A stretch of DNA of 58,326 nt, filler included, from Sphacelaria rigidula (Eukaryota): assembly GCA_964200075.2 (NCBI GenBank). It is 9 parts of 9 records of this genome, joined end to end, with 100 filler letters (N's around TTAATTAATTAA, not from the genome) between each part and the next. Parts side by side here need not be neighbours in the genome. Positions count along the whole stretch, not along the records: positions 1 to 6,392 come from CAXNAA020020352.1; positions 6,493 to 12,884 come from CAXNAA020020353.1; 7 more parts are not named here. One strand, written 5' to 3'. The notes below the pieces were generated by a model. The model searched no databases. It was not told where the DNA came from and saw only the letters and a program-made list of their open reading frames with translations. Each line of letters starts with the position of its first letter. Position 1 is the first letter of the stretch. Positions 1-12,338 of the stretch are shown here, piece after piece. Made by a program: the position numbers and the translations under genes.

Positions 1-290
1 CTCGAAAGGGATGCGTGGTCAATGGTCAAACGACTAAGGCAAGCAACAAATGAGTACGCCCCTCCTCCCCCCTCAACACACAAAACTCTCGCCAAAATCG
101 ACAATGACTACGAGATCGGAACACGCAGCTCGCAGACCGCAACGAGCACAAAATAGAGCAAGCCAAGCAGCGAAAACTTCGCCGAATCGTTTTTGGCGAT
201 GAGCTTTCACGTCCTGGTCTCTTGCGGAGTAAGACCTTCGGCGAAGATATTCACGAGTGGTGGGTGCACGGGCGTGGGGGGGGGGGGAGG
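1..290 (+). repeat. Abundant dispersed repeat family; other pieces at ~6493-6610, 7095-7290, 12841-12884, 13340-13460, 17530-17625, 32461-32560, 41640-41745, 51936-52135, 56080-56200, 58110-58326
   Basis: Recurrent modules aagggatgcgtggtcaatggtcaaacgactaaggcaagcaacaaatgagtac and tactcatgatcatgcatgccatagtc, usually next to poly-G/C runs and contig ends. It may be the Ectocarpus 'Sower' repeat (recollection, unverified). Confidence 0.9.
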
Positions 291-559
291 GCACAGTACA
301 GAGTAGTACGTCGAGTACCGGGTGGTACGCACAGTACTGGCACCACCTATTACCGCGATACTTGAAACACCTCTACAGACAGCATAGGCAGTACCTCTAC
401 CGTGTAAAGAGTAAGTGCAATCAACAGAACTCGTCGATGAAATAATGAGCAGGCGAATGCCAAGTGCCTTGTCGGCGAAGAATGCGGCAAAAATAGTACC
501 GTTTCGAACACAGCATAATTGAGAGCAGACAAACATCACTCCACAGCAACAGCCTCTGG

Positions 560-1135
560 CTCTAGGCACATGCGTTGTATCGCATGAACGGAACGACTCT
601 TGACATACTGTAAAGCAATTGTTTCGTCAGTGGTTCATCTGTGATCGGTTGCTGGCTTCTCCTTGTCCACGTAGTCCTCACAGGCCGCATAAAACTCCAG
701 CATGCGATCTTCTTCGTCGGCCGCGCCACCCTGTCGGCTTTGTAGATGCCGTTGCTGCACTCACGTAGCCGCGAGTGCTCCCGAAGGAACAAGTCGAGCC
801 ATTTCCGACCTGAGCCTACTGTCGGGTCCTATGGCTCCGATCGGTTATCGCTCCAGAGTGCCATAACCGCCTGTTTCAGGCCATCTCTATTCAGGCCCGT
901 GAACGAGCTGCGGCAAATTCCAGCATATCTTCGATGGAATTTCGTTCCCACCTCGACAGTACAGTACCCGGACCAACCCTGCCAGGTATGCCCACGCTGC
1001 CACTGACACGCTTCTGCAGCGAACCCAACGAAGATGTCAACAGTCTTAGCAGCAGCATGGAACGTCATACGACCGCTGCGTACCGCTTCTACGGCCTCTG
1101 CTGCAAGTTCTGGGTCCACCCTTACTCTCTGCATG
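560..1135 (-). pseudogene. Degenerate pogo/Tigger-like (Tc1/mariner superfamily) transposase N-terminus: HTH_psq + CENP-B/Tc5-type HTH
   Basis: Joining frames gives DPELAAEAVEAVRSGRMTFHAAAKTVDI / SLGSLQKRVSG..GRVGPGTVLSRWERNSIEDMLEFAAAR / GLNRDGLKQAVMAL..*DPTVGSGRKWLDLFLREHSRL, the typical psq + CENPB HTH layout. Frameshifts and stops are present. Confidence 0.75.
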
Positions 1136-1708
1136 CTGAGGAGCCGATCGACCAAAAAACTGATTTTGAAGAAAGATACACACGCCCTTATTCGCAGTAC
1201 TGTGGGATGGTGTTGTTCGTGATAGCGACTGCAGTATCGACCGATTTGCGTAGAACATCTGATTGGACGATTTGAATGACGGAACTGTCGATCTATAAGT
1301 TGCTAAGCTACCACATAATTGAGAATTGCGAAGAACATTTGCGGTCTTTTCTGCAGCTTACGTAGGAGTACTCTTTGTGGATACTGCATGAGTCCGAGCA
1401 TGGGGTTTGTGGTGCGGGGAACAAACCGAGGTTTTATGGTACGTGAGAAAGTGCGTTGGTCCGAGTTCCGTTGCTGGAACCATGTGGTTTCTAGAGTTTC
1501 TGTGATGTAGATGACGCGAGCTCGCCTACCGTGCTCACTCCACTTTCCCGACCCGTCTCTCCGGACCAAGGTGTCAAATACAATACATCTTTTTTTCTCC
1601 AGAAGTGACGAGTTTACCAACATGCTATAGTACATCAGTCGACTGCTGCTTCGTCCCCCTGGACTGTGCACAAGACTGTCGAGGGAGGCTTGATCAACCT
1701 GCCTTATC

Positions 1709-4700
1709 ATGGCTAAACCGGGGAACAAGGATCCTGCGGTTGACCCAGCTGAGGGTGGGTCGCAGGAAGTTGGTGAGAGAATTTGTTCCATGAAGACACA
1801 GTTGTCTCAGCTTACGACTCTAGTATCGTCGCTAATTGAGCAACAGGGAGAGGAAGTGGAGTCCTCTGGCTTTGTAGCTGCCACGCCGGGAGGCGGCGGG
1901 CCAGCGACTGGTATGCATCTTTCTGACGATATTACTGGTGCAACCGCGGGAGGTACGGGCGGCGATGCCCAAGGCTTAGGCGTGTCCAGCATGCGGGTTG
2001 GGAGTAGCAGTCTTGCAGACTCAGGCTTGAACCCTCATGTATCTACTGTAATTCGTTACTGGTGGGACCGCGGGAGGTACGGGCGGCGATGCCTAAGGCT
2101 TAGGCGTGTCCAGCATGCAGGTTGGGAGTTGTAGTCTTACAGACTCAGGCTTGAACTCTCATGAATCTGCTGTAAATCGTTCCTCTGTTGCTGCAGTAAA
2201 CTTTAGTTCGATAGGGACTGCAGGTGGGGCTTTAGGTCAGTCCTCTGTTCCGCCCGCTCCTACTCTGTCGAGTGAGTGACGGGAAAACGTCGCCAGTGGA
2301 AACACACTGATTCCTGGGGCTGACATTTCTGACACAGGAGAGAAGTTGGGTAGGGGTACTTTGAAGGTTCCAAAAGCTCCTGTTTTTGACGGTAACGTCG
2401 TGTCGTATCCCTCATGGTCGCAGAACTTTCTGTTGAGTGCCCGACAGAACAATTTGCATGAGACGTTTGTTTCTGAGGCTGGAATTCCGATTACTGACAT
2501 TGATTTCGACTGATCAACATGATACTGTTGTTGAAATGCTATACAGCCAGTAATTTAGCTGCTTGTTTCGTTCTGGGTTTTGACTGTAGCAAATTAGCGG
2601 TGCAATAGATTCCGGTTTATGAAGGGCCCCAGCAATGACCCTGGGTGCAGTATCGTTTCATGTGGATGCTTGATGGTAGATATCTTCCAAGCTGAGCCAC
2701 ATAAGCTCGTAGCATACGACAGTGTGCTCCCATTGTTTGTGAGTAGCGTACTGTACTCTCGTAGGTGGAAGAGGAACTGAAGTCGCTACGCATGCGAGAA
2801 TCCCGCAACCTTCTTTACATCCATGAGAGAGACGCTCGGTGTTCTACAAATGCTTGAAGTCAAGAAAGACGGCAGAGAGGTGTGCAACCTGATGCTTGAG
2901 GGACTGTCGCACGAGTACAAGACTTTGCGTGAAACTCTTGTGGTGTTCTGTCCGAATGACCCATCGTTCATAGAGAGAAGGGTCACTTGAGGAAGGACTG
3001 CCTGGCTCGCGTGGTCGCTGATCCTACCCAGACCGGAAAATCTGAGGATGCCGGGGATGAGAAGGGTGAGAGATCTAGTTTGGTGTTGCTCTCTCAAACC
3101 AGCTTGAACAACTCGAGTGATCTGACGTGTCTGGTAGCATTTTACGATGCCATGCTGCGTGAGTGCTTGTTCAGTGATGGTGCTGTTCGTGAATTATTTC
3201 CTCTTGTGAGGAAGGATAGGTGTTACGAAGATTGGTATGCAGACACGGGCACTGCTCTCCACATGACTGATTCTCTCTCTTGTATGAAGGATGTAAAGCC
3301 TTGCCACAAGAACGTAAAAGGGATTGGTGGCGTGACTTGTGAGGTATTCTCTGGAACACTAGATTTGGTGTTCGTGACTAATGACGGCGAATTTTCCATA
3401 GAGTTGGAGAACGTGTTATACTCTCCCAACTTAGGATATCACCTCTTTTCCCCCGGCGCAGAGTTTGATGGTAAGTCATGGAATGGTCTTGGTGGTCCTG
3501 ATGGTGTGATGACTGCTTACGACGGACGTGATACTTTTCAGACCTTCGATGACATGCTAATTGCGACTGCGTATCGTCTGGGAGATGACTCTGTTGGTTC
3601 GGTGTTGGCTGCCTTCACTCCTCAAAACCCCAAGCATGAAAAGAAGATGGATGTGAAGGAGTTCCATAGCATTTAAGCTCATTCACACGAGGGATTGCGT
3701 CGTACTACTGCAAAACGACTAGGTACCGAGTTGACCGGTGACTTCGATGTCGGAGGCTATTAGGAAAGGAATTGCTTATGAAACTAAACGTAGATCGGAT
3801 AAAAATTTGGGTAGATTTTTTGTTGACCCTGGGAGGGAGGGAGGCCGTTACGTCCGTAGGGGGTAAACACTACTCCATGATTATGAAGGGTGATTTCACA
3901 AGGCGTGCATTGATGTTTTTCCTGAGAAGTGAATCAGACGCTTGGAGTGCTTTCCGAAGTTTTCTCGCTAGTGTGCATGCTGAGGGAATCTCATCATTGG
4001 TTGGGATTGCTAGATCTGACAATGGAGGGGAGTTTTTCGGAGGGAAGTTTGCATCCGTATGCAATGAGCTTTTGATCAAACAAGAGTTCACTCCGGCCTA
4101 CAGTCCCCAATAAAACGATATTGTAGAGGGTTAATTGGGATTGATTGAGGAGGCCGCTATGGCGGCTCGTATTCAGGCAAACGTTCTGTTTGGGCATGTG
4201 CAGTTATCTAAGACTAACAGACTCTGAGCTGAGGCAATACGTTAGGCTTGCGAGGCACTTAGCCACACAGCGTGCTCTGCTAACCCTGACTCTAAGTCGC
4301 CGTATGATATGTCGTATGGAGAACCTCGTCCTGCTAGACCGTATCCGTTTATGAAGCCGGCTTACTGCAGGTGGCAGCGACCGTCTAAGCTGCTACCGAA
4401 AGGTGAGAGTTGCTTAATGTCGGTCCTTCGAGAAACCACTCGCGTGATTGTCATAGAGTACTTACGAGGGCTGGGACTATTCAGGAAACGAGATATGTGA
4501 CGTGGGAGACGTTGCCCTCAGAGCTCCCTCCACCGCAACCTCCTTTGCCGATTGAGATCGCGGAAGAGGGAGGGGAGGAAAGTGACAACGATGTAAAAGC
4601 TGAAGTATGGCCGCTTGCTGGAAGGGGAATTCAACACATTCGTATTCGTGTAAATCGTGATGCAGTGTTACCCTATGGTGCAGGAATCGGTGAGGTTGGC

Positions 4701-6250
4701 AGTGTTGATGCAGGCAGTGTAGGCCAGTCCCCTTCTGTTCCATCTTTCCCCTCTGTACCGTCTTCGTCCGTGAACAACTCCTCTAGTAGAGCGGCTCCCT
4801 CTGTATCTTCTCTGGCACTTGAGATAGACGGGGGGGGGGCACGGAGGGCAGCCGACAGGGAAAGTAGAGACGGCGGATCCGGGAGGGGATGATGAGGTAA
4901 AGTCAATTGGGCCGGGAGGGCACGGTGATGTAGAGTCGATTGGGCCGGGAGAGCAGGAAGTAGAGGCGGAGGCACCTCCTCCAGCCGCTCGTCGTGCGCG
5001 GCATGTCGCTGAGCTTGCTAATTTTAATACTGATGCGCGTGAGAATGATGAAGTAAGAGAAGCTAGAACTCGTACTCGTGCAGTAAATCAGCAGAGCGTG
5101 TCTGGTCTTGTGACCACCCCAGGACCCATCTCCGCATCAGAAATATCTTGTGCACTCTTAGCGGAACAGAGAGCAGGTGACTCCGTTGAATTGCCAAAAG
5201 AACTCGTTCAGAATGTTGAGTCAGAGCCTGGTAGCTATCAAGAAGCCCGGCAATCGAAGCACGAAAAGATTGGGGATGGAGCCATGTCTGCAGAAGTTGA
5301 AGGCTTGATAAGAGCAGGAACGTTCACGTTAGCAGTAAAGATCCCAATAGGCTGTAATGTGATTGATGCTGCTAGATGGTTTTTTAAATAGAAAGCAGAC
5401 GAAACACGGAAGATAGTGAAGGCCAAGGCTAGGCTTGTACGAAGGGCTTCAAGTAGAAGTATGGTGTGGACTATAGAGACTTTCTCGCGTACTGCAAATG
5501 CTGCATCGATGCGATTGCTAGTAGCGTTGGCGTGCAAGTACAACTTGGAATCACTCCACTGGGATATTGAGCAAGCGTTTGTTCAGTCGGAATTGGATCG
5601 CGAGGTGTTCATGAAGTTGCCTCCTGGCTGCGGTTCGATGTCAGGAAAGGTTTTCCGTTGGAACAAGAATTTGTACCGATTGAAGCAGGCACCCAGAACC
5701 TTTTACAAGAGGCTAGTGTCGGACTCGAAAGGGATTGGTTTCCAGCAGTCTCTGTCTAACCCCTGTGTCCTACGTTTCATGATGGGAGACGAGGTGGTGG
5801 GTATGGTCGCGATTCACGTGGATGACATTCTGTATGCAGGGACTAAGAGTCTTGCCAAGGTGGTAGTGAAATCGCTAGGCGACTATCTTCCTACAAAGAA
5901 TTTGGGTGAGGTCAAGTTCTTTCTTGGTTGCGCATTCATTCGCGACCGCGAGGCTGGCACGATTGAGATTTTTCATTAAACTTACATTAGGAGTGTTCTC
6001 GAGAGATTTAATATTTGTCGCACCAGCTCTATCCCTGCTTCCCTTGCCAACGATAAGAGGTCCTTGATGGGGGATGAGGGGGCAGGAGATGTGCCGTTCT
6101 GAGAGGTGGTGGGGAGCCTGATGTGGATCGCCAACCAGACAAGGCTCGGCATCTCGAACGCTGTGCGGGCGGTGGCGAGGCACTCTCACGAGCCAAAGAA
6201 GAGCCACTGGAAGGCAGCCCAGAAGATTCTGAATTATCTTCTGGAAACGA
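1709..6250 (+). mobile_element. Degenerate Ty1/copia LTR retrotransposon (gag-PR-IN-RT order)
   Basis: gag (KAPVFDGN..YPSW; LMLEGLSHEYKTLRETL), protease (WYADTGTALHMTD), integrase (RSDNGGEF..QEFTPAYSPQ), RT (KAKARLV, WDIEQAFVQSEL, LYRLKQAPR, IHVDDIL, VGSLMWIANQTR). Many stops and frameshifts; truncated before RNase H near the contig end. Confidence 0.95.
1932..2179 (+). repeat. 124-bp tandem duplication in the copia gag 5' region
   Basis: ttactggtg..accgcgggaggtacgggcggcgatgcc..ctgta.atcgtt occurs at 1932 and again at 2056. Confidence 0.9.
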
Positions 6251-6392
6251 CTAATGCCGAGATAGCCCCCCCACAAAAAGTGCACCGGCACCATCCAACG
6301 AACCGGCTGCGACCCCATTATTGGGCTCCTTTGCAGCAATTTCGCCCACATTAGAGGCGTGTAGAAGTCCGAAATCAGCTGTAACGCCCAAA

Positions 6393-6492
6393 NNNNNNNN
6401 NNNNNNNNNNNNNNNNNNNNNNNNNNNNNNNNNNNNTTAATTAATTAANNNNNNNNNNNNNNNNNNNNNNNNNNNNNNNNNNNNNNNNNNNN
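6393..6492. other. Artificial contig linker; same linker at 12885-12984, 19377-19476, 25869-25968, 32361-32460, 38853-38952, 45345-45444, 51836-51935
   Basis: Identical 100-nt N-TTAATTAATTAA-N spacers (stops in all six frames). Intervening contigs are all 6391-6392 bp. Confidence 0.99.
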
Positions 6493-6790
6493 CCCGGCTT
6501 TTTAGGGATGCGAGGTCAATTGTTTTTTGAATTTGGCTTGCATGACCATGAGTACCCCCCCCCCCCCCCCCCTCATATTTTCTCCATACAGCGCTGGACG
6601 CCGAGCATGCGGAGAAGCGTGAAGATAGTGCTTTGGATTTTCGGACCCTGCTGTCACGTACTGAGTGCATTTGAACAAGGGATCTGAGACTCCTCTTACA
6701 TGAGTTATTTTAGGCAGCTGATGAGGTGTCCGACGTCTGGAATACATCCTAGTACTATACTGTTGCGCCGCGTTCCCCCTCCGACAATAC

Positions 6791-7004
6791 CAAAACGACG
6801 ACACACCTGGCCAGATCGTCCGAGAAGTTGATCCCCTCGCTCATCTTCGCCCCGACTACCGACAGCAACAATCCACCGCCGCCGCTGCCGCCGCCGCCGC
6901 CGCCTGACGGCTTCCAGCCGCCCGCCCGGGCCGCGACTGAGAAGTCTCGTAGCACAACGTCCACGTCCTTCGCCGAGCGTGGCTCGCAGAAGACAGACTT
7001 GAGC
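6791..7004 (-). CDS. DDX11: Exon of DDX11/CHL1-like Fe-S DNA helicase (C-terminal helicase domain)
   Basis: LKSVFCEPRSAKDVDVVLRDF..GLLLSVVGAKMSEGINFSDDLARCVVVL matches the Chl1/DDX11 SEGINFSDDL motif. TAG acceptor and GT donor flank it. Confidence 0.9.
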
Positions 7005-8238
7005 CTATGGGTGGGTGAGTAGAGGTATGAGACGAGCGGCGTTGGGCATTTGTGGTTAGGGCGGAGGCACGTGCGGAGTGGGGGGGAGGGGGGGGTGTCC
7101 TCACTTGTTGCTTGCCTTAGTCCTTTGACCATGACCACGCATTCCTTTCGAGACGGAGCAATGGGAGGGGGGGCGTACTCATTTGTTGCTTGCCTTAGTC
7201 CTTTGACCCATTGGCCACGCATCCCTCTCGAGAAGGAGCACCGTTCCTACTCCTAATAGAGTCACCTTCAGCATTCCGGCGCTCATTACGGGGGGTGGGG
7301 GGGAAGGGAACAATGTAATTGATCGTTACTACTTAGCAATGGGAGGGGGGGGAGGGGGGTAGAGAAGGTACCACCATAAAAATAAAGAGAATAGCTACCC
7401 ATCTCGCGATGCAGCCCATAGCCAGAGCTTGCATATCTGATGGATCAGAGGTCGTCGACACAGGGAACTTTCTTTTTTTCATTATCTCGATGGATAGGGC
7501 ATAGAGTATCACACTAAATCAATGCCACAGACAAAAAGAGGCGCGAAAGCATGGAATTTTACAAACAAACGCCAAGTACAACAGAATGTTCAATACTAGA
7601 AAAACAGTAAGCTTTGGCTTATTATTACTCCGTGTCAATACGGAATGCCTCCCCTCCGTTTTTTGTTCGTTTTTTGTCATACTCCAGCAGCCCCTCTCCT
7701 TCCTCGGGATAATAGTCCGTAATCTGAACTGCGTAAAAGTGGATCCGATTTCGATTCTCGATGTGACCACTTACTTCAGATCGTCGAAAGGGCTGGAAAG
7801 ATCTTTTCCATGGTTGAGGAAAGACGTTGGTGGCACTGGATCTTGTCAGTTGCAGCGTTGGCGAGGGGAAACGCGGAGGATCGCGCCTAGGGGGACCTCG
7901 AGCTCAACAACACTCCTTTTGTTCCGTGGAGGGATTTCACCCCTAGACCAAAGAGTCAGCCTGACTACTTGGTGTAGTGGTGAAATCTCTCTAACGAACA
8001 AATCCATCTCTCTCACCGGCACCTGCCTCACATTTTGGTTTCGCGGGACAAATCAACACTACAGCACTGCGACAACTTTCGTAAAAAAAAAAACTCTACT
8101 CACGTCCTCACATTTCCAAATACGAAGCCCATCACACTCTGTACGAACAGAAATGCATATTTCGAAACTCCAACCCGTACCCTTCTGCCGTAACTGGCTG
8201 TCGGGGAGAACGTGGATATGGGAAGATTGTTGGAGTCA

Positions 8239-9056
8239 CCCCCATTTTGTCAACATACCCGCGGGGGGTACACCCCCTGTCAGCAAATAGTCAGAGTGTC
8301 TCTTTATTGTTCAGGTACCCACCCTCTTCTTGTTCAGTGGTGACCCGCCTGTGAACTATGCAGAGGATACCTCGAACAGCCCCCAAACATACCCGATTTT
8401 GTCAATCTTCACATATTTTTTAAACGACCGAAAAGCACAACGACCGAGAAGTTGTAGTTTGCTCCCGGTTGCTCCGCAGGCCACGGAACCACGAACGATC
8501 CAACGATGTGTGGCGAGTGTAAAGGGCTCAGCAGAGTTGACAACTTCTTGGAATCATTACGTAACCCTTGCACCACCAAGGTAGGCAACTAGTTGAATCG
8601 GCATCATTTTTAACGTATTTTTAGTCTGTGAATGATGCCGATTCATCAGATCAACTACCCTAGCAGTCAAAGGGCCAACCCTCTGACTGCTGGAGGTGTC
8701 CATATGTTGAATCAACATGGTTTTCACTTGGAAAAGGACTGCAAATGGTGCCAATTCAACAGACCACCTACCCTGGTTGATCAAAGGGTTAAATAGTCAT
8801 TCGAAGGAGTGTTATCAACTCTACTAAACATTTTACACCCTTCACACATCGCTGGATCTTTTGTGGTCTTCGTGGCCTGCGGAGCAACCACCAGCAGACC
8901 ACAGTATATTGGTCGTTGTATTTTTCGACATTTTTGGGAAGGTGAGGATCGACAAAATGGGGACGCTTTAGAGCTGTTCGGGGTGTCCTCTGCACAGTCC
9001 GCAGGACGGTCACAACTGAACAAAATAGGGTATGTATGTGAACAAAATGGGGGGGG
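8239..9056. mobile_element. Foldback / long-TIR non-autonomous element inside a DDX11 intron
   Basis: 8330-8600 is a diverged reverse complement of 8745-9023 (e.g. gttgctccgcaggccacg / cgtggcctgcggagcaac). Outer ends are cccccattttgt / acaaaatggggg. Confidence 0.85.
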
Positions 9057-9181
9057 TATTATGTAACATTTTGTCGATCCACCGAAATATAATAGAACAA
9101 TAGTAGTGATGAACGTGGGATAGAATCTACAGCCTGTCTACATATACTATTGAAAATTCGTTGTCTGACTCAGTAACTTAC

Positions 9182-9228
9182 CTTCCAAGCTGCCGAAGTG
9201 TGCCCGACGCCTTCCACCTCTCCAGCAC
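9182..9228 (-). CDS. DDX11: Upstream 47-nt exon of the same DDX11/CHL1-like gene
   Basis: gggcag|GTGCTGGAG...CTTGGAAG|gtaagt encodes VLERWKASGTLRQLG(R). It joins in phase 2 to the 7004 exon, giving ..QLGRLKSVFCEP. Confidence 0.85.
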
Positions 9229-9820
9229 CTGCCCAACACAACGCAACCCCAAGGATGTCAAATTAAGACAAGATAACGTCAGATGAACATCCCATGCTCA
9301 GCACTAATGAACTGTTCGCGTGAAACAACAAAAAACAATAAACAAAAGAAAACCAGATGACAAAATAACTTTACTCAGAATCGTTGGTAACAAGGTCGTA
9401 TATCTCAGACTTTCTCAAGACTTGAAAAAAAAAAAAGCTTCCCCCCCGAAAAACATGACAGCGGATTTCTCGACCAGGTCGGGGGGAAAGAACAATTTTA
9501 AACTGAACGCATATTACTCGTAAGCTCTATATGATAGTGTTGGATTTTTCTTCCAATGCATTCGATTCGTTTATTGATTGTCGCACTTTAACTGACCCCC
9601 CAGGGCTCCAGCCGTGGTCGCACGATGGACGTACCCGAGGAAAACAAAACTGAAACACTTGCTGAAGAAAAAATGAAGAAGCAGTAAACATGGTGAAGCA
9701 GAACAACATAGTAGACTATAATAAGAACACAAAGAAGAAATGACCGGCCTCGTTTGCGAATTGTTTTGTCTTGGATACGTCCATCATGTGACCAGCCGGA
9801 TCCCTGGGGGGGTCAGTTAA

Positions 9821-10055
9821 CCCTTTTAGAACTCGGGGAAAACAGTACAAACTCTCACATGCGAGCTTTTCGTCACCGCGGAAACGTCGCTTTGAGTTCG
9901 GTGCACGAATCTGTCACATTAGTAGGCTTGATCTTACAGTGGTACACCCTCTAGGTGGGCTGTAATCATCAACAGTTGTAGAAAAACAACCATATCTTAC
10001 ACAACAAAACATCAACTATAAAACCGCCAGTTCCCCATCAACGGTTCCAAAAGGG
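9821..10055. mobile_element. piggyBac-type MITE nested in a (CAAT)n-tailed retroposon
   Basis: TTAA|cccttttagaac ... gttccaaaaggg|TTGA. Removing it restores ..gggggtcagtt-aagtgcgacaatcaatc, as in other copies. Confidence 0.8.
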
Positions 10056-10928
10056 TTGAAGTGCGACAATCAATCAATCAATGAATCGAATTTGCCACAT
10101 AGCTTCGGTGGAAAAGGTCTTGCGCAGAGCCACACTCATACTCCGGTCGTAAAAAACAAAAGGCAGTGGGAAAAGACTGCGGCTCATCCACCACGACCGC
10201 ACTACTTTGGGTATGAACTTTCTCACCCATGGACAAACACAATGAAGCAAGGCAGGGAATGGTACATAGAGAGAAACATGGAGGGGAAGGAGAGCAAAGA
10301 AGAAGGAGACTGCAGAAGTGGTGAAATCTGAAGGATTCGGGCCAGAAGAGCAGATACAGACACACACCAGGGGGTGCTGCAGAACTAACGACCAAGGATA
10401 CAATCAACAACTGATAGAGGCAGACAGGATTCTCTGATTGGCGGCTTGCTCTCAACGCAGATATAATTCTTTTGGGATCTCGGAAAATATTCAGAAAAAG
10501 TTGAAAATCTATTAAAACAAAGTCCCCTTCATAACGTTTTCCCTGTCCTGCCGAGTATAATGGTACATAGGGATGTCCCTCTAGAGGGAGGTACAAGGAT
10601 AGAACCATGCGGTTGTTGTTGCTATGGTTGATCTCTGGCTCCTGCATTTGCGTTTGGCTCCATTTCTGCTCGGCCTCGCGTGTTGAGTGACGTGTTGCGC
10701 GCTGCCTCCAGTAGTCCGAATAATTGCCCTGTGGCCGCGAAACTCATGAGGTTAACACTATTTCTTTTTGTTTTGTATCGCGTCTGTGTTACTTTTCTGG
10801 GTTGTACTTTCTTTTTCTACACTATACGTTATATTGGGTAGTAAGCTTGTGACCATGGAAGGCGTCCCGCATCATATGCCCAGCACGGATCACTGCGCAG
10901 ATATCGGAACGGTTTTTGATGTGAAGAT

Positions 10929-10974
<46 letters not shown>

Positions 10975-11003
10975 GCAACGACGACGACGACGACGACGAC
11001 GAC
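10929..11003. repeat. Compound microsatellite (ACA)n(ACG)n
   Basis: Directly visible. Confidence 0.97.
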
Positions 11004-11150
11004 CGTTAGTAAACATTCGCAAAACTACTTCTGTACAGAATATGTATCGCAGAACGTCAACACCTAATACTGCATCTAATGTAAGTAAGTCAACTATCAA
11101 CCATTGTCCCCTCGGCCGGTCATGTTTTGCCTGTGCAGTCCTCGAAACGA

Positions 11151-11558
11151 CCGGTCGCCCCGGTGGCTCAGTTGGTGACCTCGAAAGCTTTTAACGGTTG
11201 GGACGTGGCTTCGAATCTCGGTGAAGTCACACGATCTAGGCTTTATTTTTTTCTCACGTGATGCGACCAGCAGTGAAGAGCGACTATGTCGTGGGTACAC
11301 AAAATTCGACCATTGCGGTCGACGAGAGAAAGGGACCGCTCATACCCTTCCCGCGAAAAAAAGTAAGGCAAGCACCGCAGAAGGGACGTAAAGTCCAACA
11401 AAATATGAATTAAAAATACAACTTTATTTCTCTCCTCTTGACCGTCCTGTGCGACCCCAGCTGATGCGCCCATATCTTATACCGAAAGGTGCACACATCG
11501 GACAGGTCATGAGACACCTGGAATGATCAATCGAAGAAAATTCTCAGATCCGTTGTAC

Positions 11559-11599
<41 letters not shown>

Positions 11600-11991
11600 G
11601 CACTTGAACTGATCCTCCAGGGGTCCAGCCGTGGTCTCGTGATAGACGTACCCAAAATAACTGAAATTGAAACACGCTTTCAAGAAAAGAAGGAACAGGA
11701 AAAGAAGAATTAAAAAACAGTCAACAAAAATGTACAAAAACACAAAACACGTGACAGCAGTATCCGAGAAGCCAAAGCATTACCTTCCCGCTACACCGCG
11801 TGCTCGCCGTACATCGCTGTCGGGGCCTAATACGGAAATAGTGGCCACAATGAGCAAGCTCATGATTCGTATCAGTCCTCTAATAAGAAGCAATATCCAG
11901 GTAGCTCATGAGCCATCCGCGTGTGGAAAGGTGTAGATTTGCGTCCAGAATAGATGGGACGACAACACACACACACGCACACACACACACA
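11151..11991 (+). mobile_element. tRNA-derived SINE with (CA)n tail, interrupted by an insertion at ~11490-11920
   Basis: A-box-like ggtggctcagttggt and B-box-like cttcgaatctc. The body is shared with the 18340-18707 copy; the tail gaaaggtgtaga..gggacgacaacacacaca resumes at 11925. Confidence 0.8.
11558..11720 (-). mobile_element. SINE/LINE 3'-end family with (CAAT)n tail; other copies ~9560-9660(-), 9770-10085(+), 12596-12680(+), 16915-17000(+)
   Basis: Shared gggtacgtccatc..gaccacggctgga.ccctgg.ggatcagtt.aagtgcgacaatcaatcaatc. Confidence 0.8.
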
Positions 11992-12250
11992 GCCCTTTAT
12001 TCAGCGGCTAATGCTGAGTTCCCATGTTTTTTTGGGGGGGCACGCTTAAAACTGTACCCCTCCTTCGGGAAGAGCCAGCGGTCTGAAGGAAGCCACCCAT
12101 CCCCATCTCCCCCTCGGTGCACCCCTTGAAAAACTGCATCGCGGATTGGAAAAATCTCTTGCGGTGATTTTACCTAGTCGATTATTACCCTCTCATTCTC
12201 GCATAGAGTAATTTCAAGCCGAGGGCAAAACATTCAAGTAGATTTCACAT

Positions 12251-12338
12251 ATTACGGGATATTTAATTGCCTGTTACGGGACATTAATATTACTCATTAC
12301 GAGACATTCAACTGCCCGTTACGGACACTCAATTGCCC
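12251..12338. repeat. Degenerate ~22-bp minisatellite, about 4 units
   Basis: ttacgggatatttaattgcctg / ttacgggacattaatattactca / ttacgagacattcaactgcccg / ttacggacactcaattgccc. Confidence 0.75.

Noticed and set aside
1287..1622. 5' LTR of the copia element (TG...CA)
   Set aside because: Plausible, but there is no 3' LTR in the contig to compare and no clear PBS.
6437..6448. TTAATTAATTAA recurring every ~6.49 kb as a periodic element
   Set aside because: It is an assembly linker embedded in N runs.
7586..8290. 234-aa ORF
   Set aside because: No recognisable motifs; antisense within a DDX11 intron.
11157..11230. tRNA gene
   Set aside because: No convincing cloverleaf, and it continues into a body shared with other dispersed copies, so it is a SINE head.
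12251..12338. CRISPR-like array
   Set aside because: Degenerate tandem units without unique spacers, no cas genes, eukaryotic context.
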